The notes: generated from the letters alone by a model not told the origin. A stretch of 64,000 nt of DNA from an uncultured Acidobacteriota bacterium (GCA_963796275.1 CAWCKY010000002.1:192001-256000); one strand, 5' to 3'; counted from the stretch's first letter, positions 34,086-47,612 are shown. Translations and numbers: made by a program.

Positions 34086-35516
34086 ATGTATAGAATTATC
34101 TTCACAGCATTTGTTCTGATACTGCTTGCCTGTTTGCCGATTCGAACATCAGCTCAATCTCAAGCTCAGACCGGAGCGGCGGGGAAATTGTCGACGGTTT
34201 CCGGCCGTGCGACCTCAAATGGCGTGGCATTCTCTGATTCAACGGTTTATCTGCGACCGGTGCAGCCTTCGAATTCTCAATCTCCGGATGCGGTTCACAA
34301 CGTGTCTCTGAACGGAAGTATCAATATCAAAATCACGGGTGCATCTGCGCCTCTCAAAGAGAGAATCGATGAGAACGGAAATTTCAAAATCACCGGCATA
34401 CCCGCAGGGCGATATCGGATATTCGCATTGCCGGCCACACTGTTCGGAGTAGAGGCTTATGACGATTTCGGAACTCCTCTCAGTATCGGAGAAGGGGAAA
34501 ATATCGAGAACCTGGAGCTCGAGATCAAACGTGGAGGCGTGATCTCCGGACGACTGACCGTTTCGAATCGTCCGGTCGTCGAAGAACAGGTTAACCTGTT
34601 TAAGCTCGATAAGAGCAACAACTCGGTTCCTATACGACCGGCCATGACTATGGGCAGAACGGACGATCGCGGCCACTATCGAATATATGGGTTGCCGGAC
34701 GGGCGTTACCTGGTCTGTGTAGGATCCGCGCCTTCTCACGGAAGGGTATTAACGGGATTTTGGAGCAACGGTCTCACGAGGACCTGCTACCCTGGTGTAA
34801 CCGATCAGAATGAGGCGAAAGTGGTCGAGGTGGTCGATGGTTCGGAAAACCTCGATATAGACATCGAAATGGGTGAACCGAAGAATGTCTATAACATTTC
34901 GGGACGCGTAGTATTTGCCGAAAACGGACAACCGGCGAGCGGAGTCGAGATCGCCCACAGCCCGATGGCGGAGGACGGGCGAGGTCTGAACAGTCTGAGA
35001 TCGGGCGCCGTCAGATCGAATGCAAAGGGTGAGTTCACAATTGCGGACGTGTTACCCGGTAAACACGGAATCTTCGCAAAACCGGATCAACAGATCGGGG
35101 TGTTCAGCGAAATCGAGGTCTGTGAAGTCAGCGATAGTGATGTCTCCGGGCTCGAAGTGAAGGTGCGTCCGGGCAGTATGATCACCGGTCAGCTGGTGAT
35201 CGAGGGAACGAACGACCCGGCTGTGCTGTCGAACCTGACTCAGATTCGACTCTCGTTCTTCACTAGATCGGGCGCTATCAGCGCTTCCACCAGACAACAG
35301 GTCATGGTGAACCCCGAAGGGGCATTTCGCGTCTACGCTCTGGTACCGGGCAGGGTAGAGATCGGATTGGTGACTGGATTGCGAGGATTTTCCGTCCGGC
35401 GCATCGAGCGGGACGGAGCACATATATTCCCGCAGGATGGATTGCAACTCGCCCCGAGTGAAAACATTTCAAACCTGCGAGTTATCGTCGGCTATAACCA
35501 GGGGGAGGTGAATTAA
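34086..35516 (+). CDS. Secreted protein with repeated carboxypeptidase-regulatory-like domains
   Basis: Signal peptide; repeated GGVISGR, TDDRGHYRIYGLPDGRY and YPGVT motifs. Confidence 0.78.
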   Translation: MYRIIFTAFVLILLACLPIRTSAQSQAQTGAAGKLSTVSGRATSNGVAFSDSTVYLRPVQPSNSQSPDAVHNVSLNGSINIKITGASAPLKERIDENGNFKITGIPAGRYRIFALPATLFGVEAYDDFGTPLSIGEGENIENLELEIKRGGVISGRLTVSNRPVVEEQVNLFKLDKSNNSVPIRPAMTMGRTDDRGHYRIYGLPDGRYLVCVGSAPSHGRVLTGFWSNGLTRTCYPGVTDQNEAKVVEVVDGSENLDIDIEMGEPKNVYNISGRVVFAENGQPASGVEIAHSPMAEDGRGLNSLRSGAVRSNAKGEFTIADVLPGKHGIFAKPDQQIGVFSEIEVCEVSDSDVSGLEVKVRPGSMITGQLVIEGTNDPAVLSNLTQIRLSFFTRSGAISASTRQQVMVNPEGAFRVYALVPGRVEIGLVTGLRGFSVRRIERDGAHIFPQDGLQLAPSENISNLRVIVGYNQGEVN

Positions 35517-37229
35517 TGAGAGATCATTATCTACTCGCCGCGGGGTTGCTTATCCTTCTCTTCGCAGCACCGGCCACTGCCGCCGCCCGGCAAACAGGGC
35601 AAAAGGCAAACAGGGCAAACGGGGCAAACAGGTGTAATCACCGGTCGCGTTGTAGCTGATGATGGGAGCGGCGTAGCACGCGCGAGGGTGAATATATCCC
35701 CGGTTCGCTCCGGGACGATTGTGCGAATTCCCGATGTCACCGAAGTGACGACCGATGTGGATGGTAATTTTCGTTTCACAGATCTGGACCCGGGGGTTTA
35801 CCAGTTCAACCTGAAACAAACAAGGGAGTATGTTTTAGCCTCCGAATCCGAGCGGACGTATTATCGGCTCGGCGATCACGTCACGATCGCTCTGATCAGA
35901 GGGGGTGTCATCACGGGCAAGGTTACGACGCCGGGAGGCGAGCCGGTGGCCGGCGCTTTCGTGGGTTCAAGCCTGGTGCGCGACGCCGGCGGCAAATCGG
36001 TCCAGCAAAGAGTCGAGCGTCTCTTTTTCACGGACGATCGCGGAATATATCGCATTTTCGGACTGCCGCCCGGGGGTTACGTCGTTTCCACGCCCATGGC
36101 CGGTACATTTGGTAAATCGACTTCGGGGAGGGCGATTCGGATATACCATCCATCGTCCACGGCGGAGACCGCTGCTGAAGTAACGGTCGTGAGCGGCGTC
36201 GAGGCAAGCGGGATCGATATCCAGCTTCGCCGTGACAGCGTCTATGCGATCAGCGGGACGGTGGTTGGCGGCGATCCATCTCCCTATACGAACGTGTTGC
36301 TAACCCACATCGCAACCGGTATGGAGACATTCGGCAGCGCTCGCCGCGCAGCTAACGGCAAAAACGTATTTGCAATCGATGGCGTGCAGGACGGCGAGTA
36401 TGAGATCGTCGCGCGGGTCAGCGGGTATGGAAATAAGGTCGATTTCGCCTCATCGCCGAGGCGGATAACGGTCAAGGGCGCGAATGTCGCCGGCATCGAA
36501 CTGAGACTCGCGGCGATGGGGTCTATCTCCGGTAACATCGTTATCGATCCGTCGCCCGGCGTCTGCCAGAACAAAACCGAGTCCAGCAAAGAAGAGGTGC
36601 TGCTGTTTTTCCGCCGCAAAGATAAATCGTCCATGCCCCTGCCGTCACAGGCTTCTATGAGATATTCCGGTGTGGATGAAGGCGGCGAATTCACGCTCGC
36701 GCCGCTCGAGGCGGGAACCTACCAGATCGTTCCGCAAATACCTGATGAAAACTGGTATCTCAGATCGATTACACTCGAGCCGGCGGCTCAGGCGTCCAGG
36801 CGCGCCACCAATAATCTGTCTTCGGGAATCGCCCTTAAGCCGGGAAACAAATTGAATGGAGTTACCTTGGCCATCGCCGAGGGCGCAGCCGGTTTAAAGG
36901 GAAAGATCGTGGCCGATCAGGGATCATTGCCTCAGTACCTTCGGGTTCATCTGGTTCCGAGTGAGATATCCGCGGCCAACGATCAATTGCGTTACGCCGA
37001 GACCGCGGCGAGCGACGATCGAACTTTCGCATTCAAAAACCTGGCTCCGGGAAAGTATTGGTTGCTGGCGCGCGCGGTCCCCGACCCTGATTCCGCCGAT
37101 CACCCGGCCCTGCCTGTGGCATGGGATGACGCGGAGCGCGCGAAGCTGAGAAAAGAGGCGGAAGCAAAGAAGAACGAAGTCGAGTTGAAACCTTGTCAGC
37201 GGGTTGCCAACCGGGAATTGGTTTTCTAG
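35516..37229 (+). CDS. Paralogous carboxypeptidase-regulatory-like domain protein, frameshifted in an N-terminal QTG repeat
   Basis: Coupled ATG at 35516 gives signal peptide MRDHYLLAAGLLILLFAAPATAAA. The body (TDDRGIYRIFGLPPGGY) is in another frame; a 2-bp deficit lies at 35598-35604. Confidence 0.72.
35589..35631 (+). repeat. Tandem 9-mer GGCAAACRG x4 with one 7-bp unit (GGCAAAA)
   Basis: ggcaaacag-ggcaaaa-ggcaaacag-ggcaaacgg-ggcaaacag. Confidence 0.85.
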
Positions 37230-37493
37230 ATCATTCAATCTGAGTATCCGCCTCGAGTTCGTCCCATATCCGATGATGATTCGGCTCCCTGAGCAGGAGC
37301 TAACCGACGATGAACGTGGTGCCAGCGACGGCCATCGGATAAACGAGTCCGGCGACGGATCAACTCGCGGTTTATCGAACGCCGCCGTTCGATCGTGCTC
37401 AGGTCGCCAAAGAATCTGACAGCCCTTTCGCAACCTGAGCCGATCCTCACAGTGAGACGCGTTTCATGCATTGAAGCGCGTTATGCTCCCTAC

Positions 37494-39722
<2,229 letters not shown>

Positions 39723-40182
39723 TTATTTCTCCTTGATCGAACGGAAGGGCAGTTCAATTTTAAGTGTAATGGGCGACGCCAGTATCTTGCTCATAGCCGG
39801 TCCTTTAGCAAGGATTAAAGCGTAATTACCGACGAGATTGACGCCACAAAATAGTGAAGTAGAGGCGGCTCATCTATTCGACGATCTTCTGTCTTTGCAA
39901 CGCCGGATCGGGGCCGGCGCAATCGGGTTTTCCTTATAATAAAGGTCTGAACTTTCCAGTGTCCAAAGGAAATAACACTCTAATAGAGGTTTTATTCCAA
40001 TCATGGGGAAAAAAATTATTTAGCCGGGAATAATCCACGATCTCCGTTGTTATTCTTTTCTTGAATCAAAGACAAAGGTTCCTCGCCTTTTGGCCGGCTG
40101 TTGCCGGACACAGCAGATTGTGACGATGCTGCCGTGTTCGGCCGGCAGGGTGATGTCGCGACTGAGACGCACCTGCAGGCAG

Positions 40183-40335
40183 CTGGACTACTAATTGCAC
40201 GACCGCGAATTGTCGGATTTCAAGCAGCATCTGGAGAGCTGCAACGAATGCCGATCGCTCGACCAGGAGCGCTGCATCATCGAAAGCGTGCGCGCCGCTC
40301 GGCCGATGCACGTGGCTATCCCTGAACTGCGGTGC
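40183..40335 (+). pseudogene. Remnant of a zinc-binding (zf-HC2) anti-sigma factor
   Basis: Manual translation: LDY*LHDRELSDFKQHLESCNECRSLDQERCIIESVRAARP (HxxxCxxC motif, internal stop); ends next to the transposon remnant. Confidence 0.55.
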
Positions 40336-40420
40336 ACTCATCGCGCACATAGTTGACAAATTTGACGGATTAGTTTTGGAACCCGCCTCTGAGACCTAAT
40401 GCTGTCGATGAGACGAAAAG

Positions 40421-42227
40421 TTACGCCGTCTTGATTAACTCTGGACCTAAATACACTCTCAACTGTTGGGCAGTCGATAGTTTCTTCTCTGATCTTTGAC
40501 AACTCCTGGTAGCTGAATCTATTGGCTCACGAATCCACAATGGGTCAAACAGCGTCATCTGTTTTGACTGGAATGGGTGAGCGTGGTGGACTGGCTGCGA
40601 GATCGCGGTCGGGCGGGTAGACCTCTCTCCCCATTTGCACTGGTACTCAGTCAGAATCTGGGATTGATATTCGGCACATAGTTTCCCATTCCCAAAAGAG
40701 AGCTGAAGGGGAGTGCGGGGTAACCCGTCCTCGATATAAATTCTCCAGCGTCCAATTCGGACGAAGCCGCGAGTGTCAGTCAGACGCTGACAGTAACGTT
40801 CTGTGAAAGCCCGCTCCAGATCGGCCGATTCAACTTGTTTGCCTCTGGCATCACCGAGAACAGCTAACGGCGAGTTCTTCCCGTCATTGCGACGACGATG
40901 CGCCCAATGCGGCAAGCGGTTGTAGTCGCGGATGAGCTCGCGATGAAATTCCTGAGCAGCTTCAATTGTCTTACACCTCTCCCAGCGATATTCGTCAAGT
41001 CGGCTTCGATCCCGAAATAACTCTCGATCAGATTTTGCCAGGGTCGGCCTTTGGGATACATTTCATGATGGATGCCGAGACGCTCATTGACACGGATCCA
41101 ATCGTGATCATTAAACTGGCCACCGTGATCGGAAATCGTCTCTTCCCAAAGTCCCCAACGCAGCAAAGCCTGAAAGTAGATGTGTAAAAGCACACCGGCA
41201 TTCTGATCCGTTGTCAGAGAACCGGCGAGGATAACTCGGGAGAAGCCTTCCAACAGCGTGCAGGAATACAATTGAACTCCTCCGGGTTTTGCATCGAGGT
41301 AGCGGAAGTCCACGAAAATTCGTTCAAAGGGAGAGCGACTTTTCTTCGGCCCTTCGCGTGGATCATGCTCTTCAATTACGGTGACGGGGCGCTGCGGAGC
41401 CAGGTGGACGCGTCGATTGAGCGCCATGATCTTTCTGACCGTAGTCTCGCCGAAATAAATTCCGTAGTCCTTTCCAAAAGACCTTTGATCCGCCATGCGC
41501 CGGCATAGCCGTATTTCTTCAGCAGTTTGAGCACGGCATGCATTGCGTTGAAGTCATATCTGCGCGAAGTCTGATGCCGCGCCCGTGAAAGGTCGAGCAG
41601 TCAGAGTTGCCTGTCGTCCGGTTGCGACTCGGCCTGGCGCGCGCGGCGCAGCCATTTCACGACGGTCTTGCGTGAGCACGCAGTAATTGCGCAATCCGTT
41701 TCTCCGTCCATCCCTGCTGCCGAAGCTTGACCATCTCCTCGCGCAACTTCTCCGGGTCCCCGGCGCTTGATACTGAATGAGGCGCTGAAAGTCCGGGTAG
41801 CGCCAGAGAGGATAACGTTCCAGCAATGCCTTGACCGTTTTGTTATGGACGCGGTGATCAGTGGTCGCGCTCAAGACTCGCGCCAGTTCCCGGTCGGAGG
41901 CCCGTGGCGCACAAGTCTTGTAAAAAAGCAGCGCCACAATGACATGTTCCGGGGTTTGTGGCTCGCGTGGATAGTCAGTTGCCGGAACAGTCCTGGCAGG
42001 CCATGTTCCCGAAACTGCCGCAGCCAACGGCAGATTGTGTTGTAAGAGAGCCCGAGCGCGTCCGCCTGTTCCTCCGCTGATCGCTTCCCGGCCAAGCAAG
42101 GAGCAATCGAATGGTATCGTTTTTGAGTTTCGCAGGTGATGGGCACTTCATCAAAACGTAATGCGAGCTGAACAGACATCGAGTAGACCTCCTCAAGACG
42201 ATGAAGGGCACTCAATTCCATACGCAA
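40421..42227 (-). mobile_element. Degraded DDE (rve-type, IS481-like) transposase in four or more frameshifted pieces
   Basis: HTH: ADALGLSYNTICRWLRQFREHGLPGL. Catalytic core: FVDFRYL..EGFSR..ISDHGGQF..GRPWQNLIESYF. Element ends not confidently defined. Confidence 0.78.
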
Positions 42228-42278
42228 CGGAAATCTTCATCCGATTGTCGGCGCTCATTCCTACAAGTCTTTCCGAAT

Positions 42279-44945
42279 TCATTCGTTGCGGATAGCCTGT
42301 AGCGGATCAACCATCGTCGCGCGCCGCGCTGGAACATAACTCGAAATCAAGGCGACGCCGACCAGTAGCAAGGCGATCAGCGCGAAGGTCGCCGGATCGG
42401 TCGCGCTCACGTTGAAGAGCAGATTCCTCATGACTCGCGACAGGGCGAGCGCCGCTGCCACCCCTAACGTCACGCCAGCCAGCGTCAAGCGCATTCCCCG
42501 CCAGATCACCATTCGTAACACATCGCCGGCTTGTCCGCCCAGGGCTATCCGAATACCGATCTCCTGCGTGCGCTGGCTGACTGCGTAGGAGATGACGCCG
42601 TAAATTCCAACCGATGCGATGACGAGCGCAAGGACTGCGAAGACACCGAGCAGAATCATCTGGAAGCGCCGTTGCGCGATCGAATCCGACAGATGCTCAT
42701 TCATCGTGACGACCTGACTGATCGGCTCATTCGGCTCGATTGCTTGCGCCTGCTTGCGTATGGCCGCGGCAAGGTTGGAAGAACTGGCCAAGCTGGTTGA
42801 ATTGTTTTGACCGGAGGCTGCTCGCACGACCAGGCGCAAGCTCATCATTTCAGCAGGTCGTTGCACATACGGTAAGTAGACCTCAGGACGAATATTCTGA
42901 TCTAACCCGAGATGATGAGTGTCACCCACCACTCCAACAATCGTTGCTTGGTTTGGCGCCGAAAACAACCGGCGGCCTATTGGATTTTCATTGGGGAAGA
43001 AGCGCCGGGCGAATGTTTCGTTGATGATCACGACTTTGGGCGCCTCGGCCCCATCCTGTGCGGAGAATGGTCGTCCGTCGCGCATCGGTATGCCCATCGT
43101 CCGAAAATATTCGGGACTGATGTGATTTCCTTCAACAATCGGCTCCGTTCCCCCCTCAAACGGCGGACGCCCTTCGATCTGAAGGATTATGCGGACAGTC
43201 GGTCCGGTAAACGGAAGGAAACTGGTCAGGCAGGCGGACTCCACGCCGGGCAACGCCTGGACACGTGCGAGAGCTTCCTGGTAGTAAGCGAGGCGCTGCG
43301 GCGATCCCTGCGGGTATTTGTCGTAGCTGGGCCTGAGTAAAAGCGCCAATAGGCCATCAGGATTGAAGCCTTTTGGAACATCCAGCAAGCGTATGAAGCT
43401 TTTGGTCATCAGCCCCGCGCCAACAAGCAAAACCAGCGCCATGGCAAGTTCGGCGATCATCAAGGCAGGTAGCGCACGCCGCATACCGTCTTGCCCCAAC
43501 CGCGCGGCAGATTGCGCTTTGAGGGTTTCATTTACATCGGTCTTCGACGCATGCAGCGCGGGAAAGAGACCAGCTATCAGGCCGGTCAACACTGCGACCG
43601 CGCAAGTGAAGCAAAACACACGGCCATCCACACCGCTCTCATTGATTCGGGTGATTCCTGAGGGACTCATCGCCACTAACAGTTTGACGCCCCATTTTGC
43701 CGCGAGCAGTCCTGCGACGCCGCCTGCGGTCGAGAGTAGCAGGCTCTCGGTCAGTAACTGTTGAGCGAGCCGCAGCCGCCCGGCGCCAACCGCCGCGCGG
43801 ATCGCCATCTCCTTTTGTCTGGCCGTCGACCGCGCCAGCAGCAGGTTCGCCACGTTGGCGCAGGCGATGAGCAGAACAAAGGCGACCGCTCCGAACATCA
43901 CCAGCAAGGGTCTTCGTACATCGCCAATGAACTTCTCGCTCAGCTTGACTACCCTGACGTCTTGTACCAACGAATAGGGGCGAGGAGAGTCATGCCGTTG
44001 CCGATCGAGGATAACGGACATCTCCGCTTTGGCGCCTTCCGGCATTACACCCGGCTTGAGACGCGCGATCACATTCAATCTGCCCATGGATGGCTGCTGG
44101 CTTAACTGCCGATTGAGAATGGGCATGAGCGGCGCCCAGAGGTCAGACTCTCCCGGAAATCTGAATCCAGGCGGCATAATTCCTATAACCGTCAGGCTTT
44201 GACCTCTTAGCGTGATCGCCTTGCCAATCACCTGTGGATCACCGCCGAAACGGCGCCTCCACAAGCCGTCGCTCAGAATTACAACCGGCGCGGCGCCATC
44301 CGTGTCATCCTGGGGCGTGAAGTCGCGACCGAGCGCAGGCGCGACGCCGAGCGTCGCAAATAGTCCGGCGGAGACAGTCCCTGCAGTCAGTCGCTCCGGC
44401 TCTCCATTTCCTGTGAGGTCGGCGTCATCGGTTCTGTAGGCGGCGATCTGTTCAAAGGCTTTCGCCTGATCACGCCACGCCTTAAAATCCGCGATCCGGG
44501 CGTAATCGCCTCCAATCCCTCGATAATAGCTGGCCGCCACGAGACGATCAGGGTCCCGGTAAGGAAGTGACCGCAGCAATACGGCATTCACGACGCTGAA
44601 GATCGCGGTATTCGCGCCTATGCCCAATGCCAACGTCAGAACCGCAACGACTGTGAAGCCGGGATTTCTCTTCAGCATCCGCAGGCCGTACTTCAAATCC
44701 TGAACGATCGTCTCGATAAGTCTAAATCCACGCATGTCGCGACTGGTCTCCTTGAGTAGTGTGACGTTTCCGAACTGGCGGCGGGCAGCCCAAGCAGCAT
44801 CGGCCCCGGTCATCCCCTGGCGAACATATCGCTCGGTGAGCAAGCGCAGATGCGTCTCGATCTCGTTGTCCAGATCCTGATCCGCTCTGCGATCTCCTAA
44901 TAACCCACGAAGTCTTGCCACCAAGGCGCGCAAATGGTCGGTCAT
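42279..44945 (-). CDS. ADOP-family duplicated ABC permease
   Basis: Permease-prefix DLDNEIETHL..AARRQFGN; LALGIGANTAIFSVV; LLIACANVANLLLAR. Start re-assigned to MTDHLR. Confidence 0.93.
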   Translation of the reverse strand: MTDHLRALVARLRGLLGDRRADQDLDNEIETHLRLLTERYVRQGMTGADAAWAARRQFGNVTLLKETSRDMRGFRLIETIVQDLKYGLRMLKRNPGFTVVAVLTLALGIGANTAIFSVVNAVLLRSLPYRDPDRLVAASYYRGIGGDYARIADFKAWRDQAKAFEQIAAYRTDDADLTGNGEPERLTAGTVSAGLFATLGVAPALGRDFTPQDDTDGAAPVVILSDGLWRRRFGGDPQVIGKAITLRGQSLTVIGIMPPGFRFPGESDLWAPLMPILNRQLSQQPSMGRLNVIARLKPGVMPEGAKAEMSVILDRQRHDSPRPYSLVQDVRVVKLSEKFIGDVRRPLLVMFGAVAFVLLIACANVANLLLARSTARQKEMAIRAAVGAGRLRLAQQLLTESLLLSTAGGVAGLLAAKWGVKLLVAMSPSGITRINESGVDGRVFCFTCAVAVLTGLIAGLFPALHASKTDVNETLKAQSAARLGQDGMRRALPALMIAELAMALVLLVGAGLMTKSFIRLLDVPKGFNPDGLLALLLRPSYDKYPQGSPQRLAYYQEALARVQALPGVESACLTSFLPFTGPTVRIILQIEGRPPFEGGTEPIVEGNHISPEYFRTMGIPMRDGRPFSAQDGAEAPKVVIINETFARRFFPNENPIGRRLFSAPNQATIVGVVGDTHHLGLDQNIRPEVYLPYVQRPAEMMSLRLVVRAASGQNNSTSLASSSNLAAAIRKQAQAIEPNEPISQVVTMNEHLSDSIAQRRFQMILLGVFAVLALVIASVGIYGVISYAVSQRTQEIGIRIALGGQAGDVLRMVIWRGMRLTLAGVTLGVAAALALSRVMRNLLFNVSATDPATFALIALLLVGVALISSYVPARRATMVDPLQAIRNE

Positions 44946-44953
44946 CTCTGCTC

Positions 44954-45308
44954 CTAGCCTTCCAACTTCAACAGGCGTCCGATCACGCCGGCGATCCGCT
45001 CCCAATTCTCCGTCTCGCGCGCGAGCTGTCCTCGGCCGCTCTTTGTGATCGAATAGTTTTTCGCCTTGCGATTGTTTTCCGACGCTCCCCACTCTGAAGC
45101 GATCCATTTCCGCTGCTGTAGCCGCAGGAGCGAGGTGTAGACAGTTCCCTCATTCAGTTGCAGAACCTGATGGCTCACTTGCTCGATCCGGCGGGCGTTG
45201 CCATAGCCGTGCTGCGGCCCGAGCGCATCGAGAACCTTCAGGAACATCAGGTCGAGCGTCCCCTGGAGGACTTCAGATTTTGCGCTTCTGTTTCTGTTCT
45301 TTGGGCAT
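44954..45308 (-). CDS. PadR-family regulator (acidobacterial type); start uncertain, possible 5' frameshift
   Basis: LQGTLDLMFLK, HGYG, GTVYTSLLRL and WGASENNRKAK. ATG 45308 (MPKEQKQ) is one base out of frame with the body. Confidence 0.82.
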
Positions 45309-45868
45309 GACAAAGAAGATATCTCTCTTCCACTGGAATGTCCATAGGTAAGCGGCAAAGTGCGGCGAGTCTCAAGGCATCTGGGAGATCTGCGGGACCA
45401 CCCAATTGGTGGGAACGTAGCTACCGACTTTATTACCCCAGTAAGGGCTGAAAGGGACTGTCGAGGTCGGTGGCAGCTCTCATTTTATTAACGATATTAA
45501 GTCTCGGGGATGGGTTCCAGAGCTGATCCGTCACATATGTCACCCATGTTCGCGATGGGTGCAAACTGCGTGATCGCATCGCGCGATATACTGGAACAGG
45601 CGTCAGAACCCTACCTTGCCGCCAGTCCCTCGCGCATCACACCCCGGCATGTTCATCCGCTACCCCGATTCGAATCATGGCGGCTGGACGCCGTGGAATG
45701 CATTGCATCGCTACCATCACGAATTGAATTGGTGGGAGAAGTAATTTGAGCGTTAAGTCATCTTCCGGGCATTAACACGCCAATGTATAGGTTTGCATAA
45801 TACCTCATACCGACATCGAACCAGCGGTGGGAGGTCAAATAGTTTTTCATATGCCTGGGCAAAACCAC

Positions 45869-46228
45869 TCAGCGGCGCCTACGCCTCTTGGGCGTTGGGG
45901 ATGGCTTCTCCTCGACCACCTTGCGCAGCCTATCAATCGCCTGGTCCCAGCTGGCCGAGATCATTTCGAGGAAAATTTTCGCTTCATCAAGTCGCCGCAC
46001 TTCAATCGCGTATAGCACTTCACGACCGCGTTTCTCGTGTGTAACTAAGCCAGCGCCCTCAAGCACCTGCAGGTGCTTCACGATCGCCTGCCTCGTCACC
46101 CCCGCACCGTCGGTGAGGACTGTGGCAGAAAATGCCCCCGCTCTGAGTTTGCTCAATATCGATAGGCGGGTTTCGTCACCAAGCGCGAAGAAGATATCGG
46201 CGACAACCGAATCAGATGCCTTCGACAT
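45869..46228 (-). CDS. ArsR/SmtB-family transcriptional regulator
   Basis: FFALGDETRL, VTRQAIVKHLQVLEGAGLV and GREVLY; start re-assigned to MSKASD. Confidence 0.88.
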   Translation of the reverse strand: MSKASDSVVADIFFALGDETRLSILSKLRAGAFSATVLTDGAGVTRQAIVKHLQVLEGAGLVTHEKRGREVLYAIEVRRLDEAKIFLEMISASWDQAIDRLRKVVEEKPSPTPKRRRRR

Positions 46229-46730
46229 ACTTCTCGATATTCTCCACCTGGCCGGCCCATCCGCCATCGTTCATGCGGAATGCACGTTCGCGCCGATGCG
46301 CAGGCACGCGGTCGAACCCAGATTCTACGATTGTTAGCCGCGTGCCCTCTTCGACTTTCTCCAGACGAAATTCGACCAGTGTAGTTGGTTCTGACTCCGG
46401 ATCCACCTCAGCATCGATACTGTACGGTATCCAACGGAAGCTGAAGTATCGCTCCGGTTCGATGCGCTCGACTGTGCAGAAAACTATACTGCTCTCCGGC
46501 AGTTTCACCTTTGAGGGCGAAAGTCCGAGCTTCTTTTGATAATCGAGGATAGCGGCTTCATTGAGCCGCGCGTCGAAGGTGCCTCTGATCGGCCGGCCCA
46601 CGACGAAATCATCTTCGAGATTAATGCCGAACCAACGCCCGAACTCCTTGGAGTTGGCGATGGCCTGCCAAACGCGCGATACTGGGGCGCGCAAGATAAC
46701 CTGCTTCTCTATTTTGTCGAACGAATTCAT
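46212..46730 (-). CDS. SRPBCC/AHSA1-family protein
   Basis: IEKQVILRAPVSRVWQAI..FGRWFG, FSFRW, TLVEF and GTRLTIVESGF..GW. Confidence 0.9.
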   Translation of the reverse strand: MNSFDKIEKQVILRAPVSRVWQAIANSKEFGRWFGINLEDDFVVGRPIRGTFDARLNEAAILDYQKKLGLSPSKVKLPESSIVFCTVERIEPERYFSFRWIPYSIDAEVDPESEPTTLVEFRLEKVEEGTRLTIVESGFDRVPAHRRERAFRMNDGGWAGQVENIEKYVEGI

Positions 46731-46791
46731 ATGCAACCTCCTAGTTGCATATTAGCATTGGGGCGCCACACATGCAACCAGATGATTGCAC
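46731..46791. promoter_or_regulatory. Two ATGCAAC-N6-GTTGCAT operators upstream of SRPBCC-arsR
   Basis: Perfect palindrome at 46731-46750 covering the RBS; second copy ATGCAACcagatgATTGCAC at 46772-46791. Confidence 0.7.
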
Positions 46792-47065
46792 AATTTGGCA
46801 TGTTTCTTGATCAGACCTCAGAAAGCAGAGATATCGATCCTCGAATAGTACTCTTCCTCGCAGTCACATCTGCATACGCCGATTGTCCTCCCTCCAAATT
46901 CTGCCGTCACGCCGGAAAGCGGTCTTGCCACCGATCTCCTCAGCGTTTCCTCCGGTTTCTCCATGCTGGCATGTTAAGTTTCCGCCGAAGAGCCAAGCAT
47001 ATACAGCAGATCGGCAGATTCAGCAGTAATGAGCGGTCGAATACTCGAAATAAGAGCTTCATTCT

Positions 47066-47560
47066 TTAGCGTGTCTTTTCGGTCCACTGTTGTGCCTCGG
47101 TAGACTTCAACCACTCGCCCGCCACTTGTCTGGTGGCGGCGTTTACGCGGTTCCAGAAGTTGATCAGGGCGATGTTGAGGACCAGAACCGCAAGTTGCGG
47201 CTCGGCGTAATGACGTGCGGCTTCTGCCCAAATCTCATCGGACACCGCGTCGCCACGGTCGCTGAGCCGGGTGGCGGCTTCGGTGAGCGCTAACGCGGCC
47301 CGCTCGGCTTCAGTGAAGTAGGGCGCCTCTCGCCAGGCTGCTACTGCAAAAAGGCGTTCATCCGTCTCGGCGGCTTTCTTGAGGTCGCGAGCATGCATGT
47401 CAACGCAGACGCTACAGCCATTGATCTGGCTCGCTCGCAGATAGATGAGATCAAGAGTCCGGGACGGCACATCACCCGTTTTCGCGGCTGCCCCCAGGGC
47501 ATAGATGGCCTGCAGAGCTCCGGGGACGATCATCGCGGGATTTTTCATCCTTGATTGCAT
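47066..47560 (-). CDS. Carboxymuconolactone decarboxylase/AhpD-family protein
   Basis: LRASQINGCSVCVDMH, AWREAPYFTEAERAALAL and INFWNR. Confidence 0.92.
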   Translation of the reverse strand: MQSRMKNPAMIVPGALQAIYALGAAAKTGDVPSRTLDLIYLRASQINGCSVCVDMHARDLKKAAETDERLFAVAAWREAPYFTEAERAALALTEAATRLSDRGDAVSDEIWAEAARHYAEPQLAVLVLNIALINFWNRVNAATRQVAGEWLKSTEAQQWTEKTR

Positions 47561-47577
47561 AAAATTATATATCTCCT

Positions 47578-47604
47578 TGTCACAAAGTCTGTATTTTGTT
47601 CGTC
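47578..47604 (+). promoter_or_regulatory. ECF41-type promoter TGTCACA-N16-CGTC (toward the sigma gene)
   Basis: Exact match to the established ECF41 consensus. Confidence 0.75.
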
Positions 47605-47612
47605 ACCACCAT

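Noticed and set aside
33797-34105. 102-aa minus-strand ORF in the AT-rich spacer
   Set aside because: No family features; overlaps the start of the 34086 gene.
40400-42264. Terminal inverted repeats for the degraded transposon (TGTCGATGAG.. / ..CTCATTCCTACA)
   Set aside because: Similarity is too weak to call the ends.
45528-45556. CGTCACA as a third ECF41 promoter
   Set aside because: No CGTC at 16-bp spacing and no downstream gene.
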